DNA of 64,000 bases from Candidatus Nealsonbacteria bacterium. Its GTDB lineage: Bacteria > Patescibacteriota > Minisyncoccia > Minisyncoccales > JANBVM01. Every line of letters starts with the position of its first letter. The first letter of the stretch is position 1. Positions 63,624 through 64,000 of this stretch are shown one piece after another. The DNA lies in assembly GCA_047456295.1 (NCBI GenBank), contig CP179887.1, positions 45,944 through 109,943 on the forward strand, written 5' to 3'. The notes beneath the pieces were generated by a model. That model was not told the DNA's origin, made no database searches, and was given only the letters and a program-made list of their open reading frames with translations. Both the position numbers and the translations under genes were made by a program.

Positions 63624-64000
63624 ATGAGAAAAATGTCTTTGCGTGAGCTTTTCGAAAAGGAAAGAGAGGTTTTTGAGGGTTATAAAAAGACAAATCCTGA
63701 GTTGTTTGTATCTCCAGAGACCCAAGAAACGGAACTCCTCTTTCATATTGGAATTGGAATAGATTTTAAATCACGTCTGAAAGGGTATTTACGTCTCTAT
63801 TTCCATGATTTCATTGTTGAAGAATTATCAGTTAATAGAGAGATTTCTGAGATAGAACCAAGGGAGAGGAGGATAAAGGTTCCTTCAGACCCTTTTACCC
63901 TTTATTGTGGTTTGATTAAGGTAGGAATTTCCACTAAAGCTGCTATTTCAAGCTTGGCTAACGAGCTTGGAATTGGAGCTAATAAGATAGGGTATGCTGG
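63624..64000 (+). CDS. truD: tRNA pseudouridine synthase TruD-like, 5' partial (runs off the window)
   Basis: Open frame from the ATG at 63624 to the window end. FHDFIVEE...LIKVGISTKAAISSLANELGI...IGYAG matches the TruD N-terminal pattern. Confidence 0.6.
   Translation, partial: MRKMSLRELFEKEREVFEGYKKTNPELFVSPETQETELLFHIGIGIDFKSRLKGYLRLYFHDFIVEELSVNREISEIEPRERRIKVPSDPFTLYCGLIKVGISTKAAISSLANELGIGANKIGYA

Noticed and set aside
1-64000. CRISPR arrays, rRNA genes, transposases, integrases and known defence systems.
   Set aside because: No regularly spaced repeats, no rRNA-like sequence and no recognisable transposase, integrase, Cas or restriction motifs appear in any listed ORF.

Overview
AT-rich, tightly packed window of mostly housekeeping genes. 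Gene content suggests a Candidate Phyla Radiation (Patescibacteria/Parcubacteria-like) bacterial chromosome, but that placement is inference. Core genes recognised from the translations: two mreB, holB, frr, rseP, proS, gatCAB, rlmN, pheST, intein-containing gyrB, secE-nusG-rplK, dcd, tmk, deoC, miaAB, thrS, dnaE, rnhB, rpmF, nusB, rnc, rpsP, trmD, rpmG, a MacAB-like efflux system, pcm, mltG, rplJL and a partial truD. Six tRNAs were folded by eye: initiator-like Met, Met, Asp, Tyr, Thr and Trp. Three accessory regions stand out. (1) A tRNA-Asp-adjacent island (~12.4-17.2 kb) encodes an HhH-GPD glycosylase-like protein, a Cys-less LMW-PTP-like protein, a Ham1-type NTP pyrophosphatase, a P-loop NMP-kinase-like protein and two short thymidylate-synthase-like proteins. 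Both TS-like proteins carry Asp at the position that sets uracil versus cytosine specificity in ThyA, so the enzyme logic resembles phage T4 hydroxymethyl-dC synthesis. A third TS-like gene, with Asn at that position, sits in a coupled dcd / MtrA-like+DUF4346 / TS-like operon next to a DUF4430 (transcobalamin-like) gene at 26.6-29.9 kb. (2) A visibly more GC-rich 3.5-kb element (42.7-46.3 kb) is flanked by a 62-bp direct repeat that duplicates the 5' end of rnhB, and it carries a terminase fragment. (3) A cassette-like nucleotide-metabolism region lies at 56-60 kb. The accessory genes are separated by a recurring junction module: a tRNA-3'-end-like segment, a hairpin with T-run, and a TGnTAnAAT -10 box placed 6-8 nt before the ATG, which implies leaderless transcripts. 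All functional calls come from motif reading of the supplied translations and manual folding. No database search was run.
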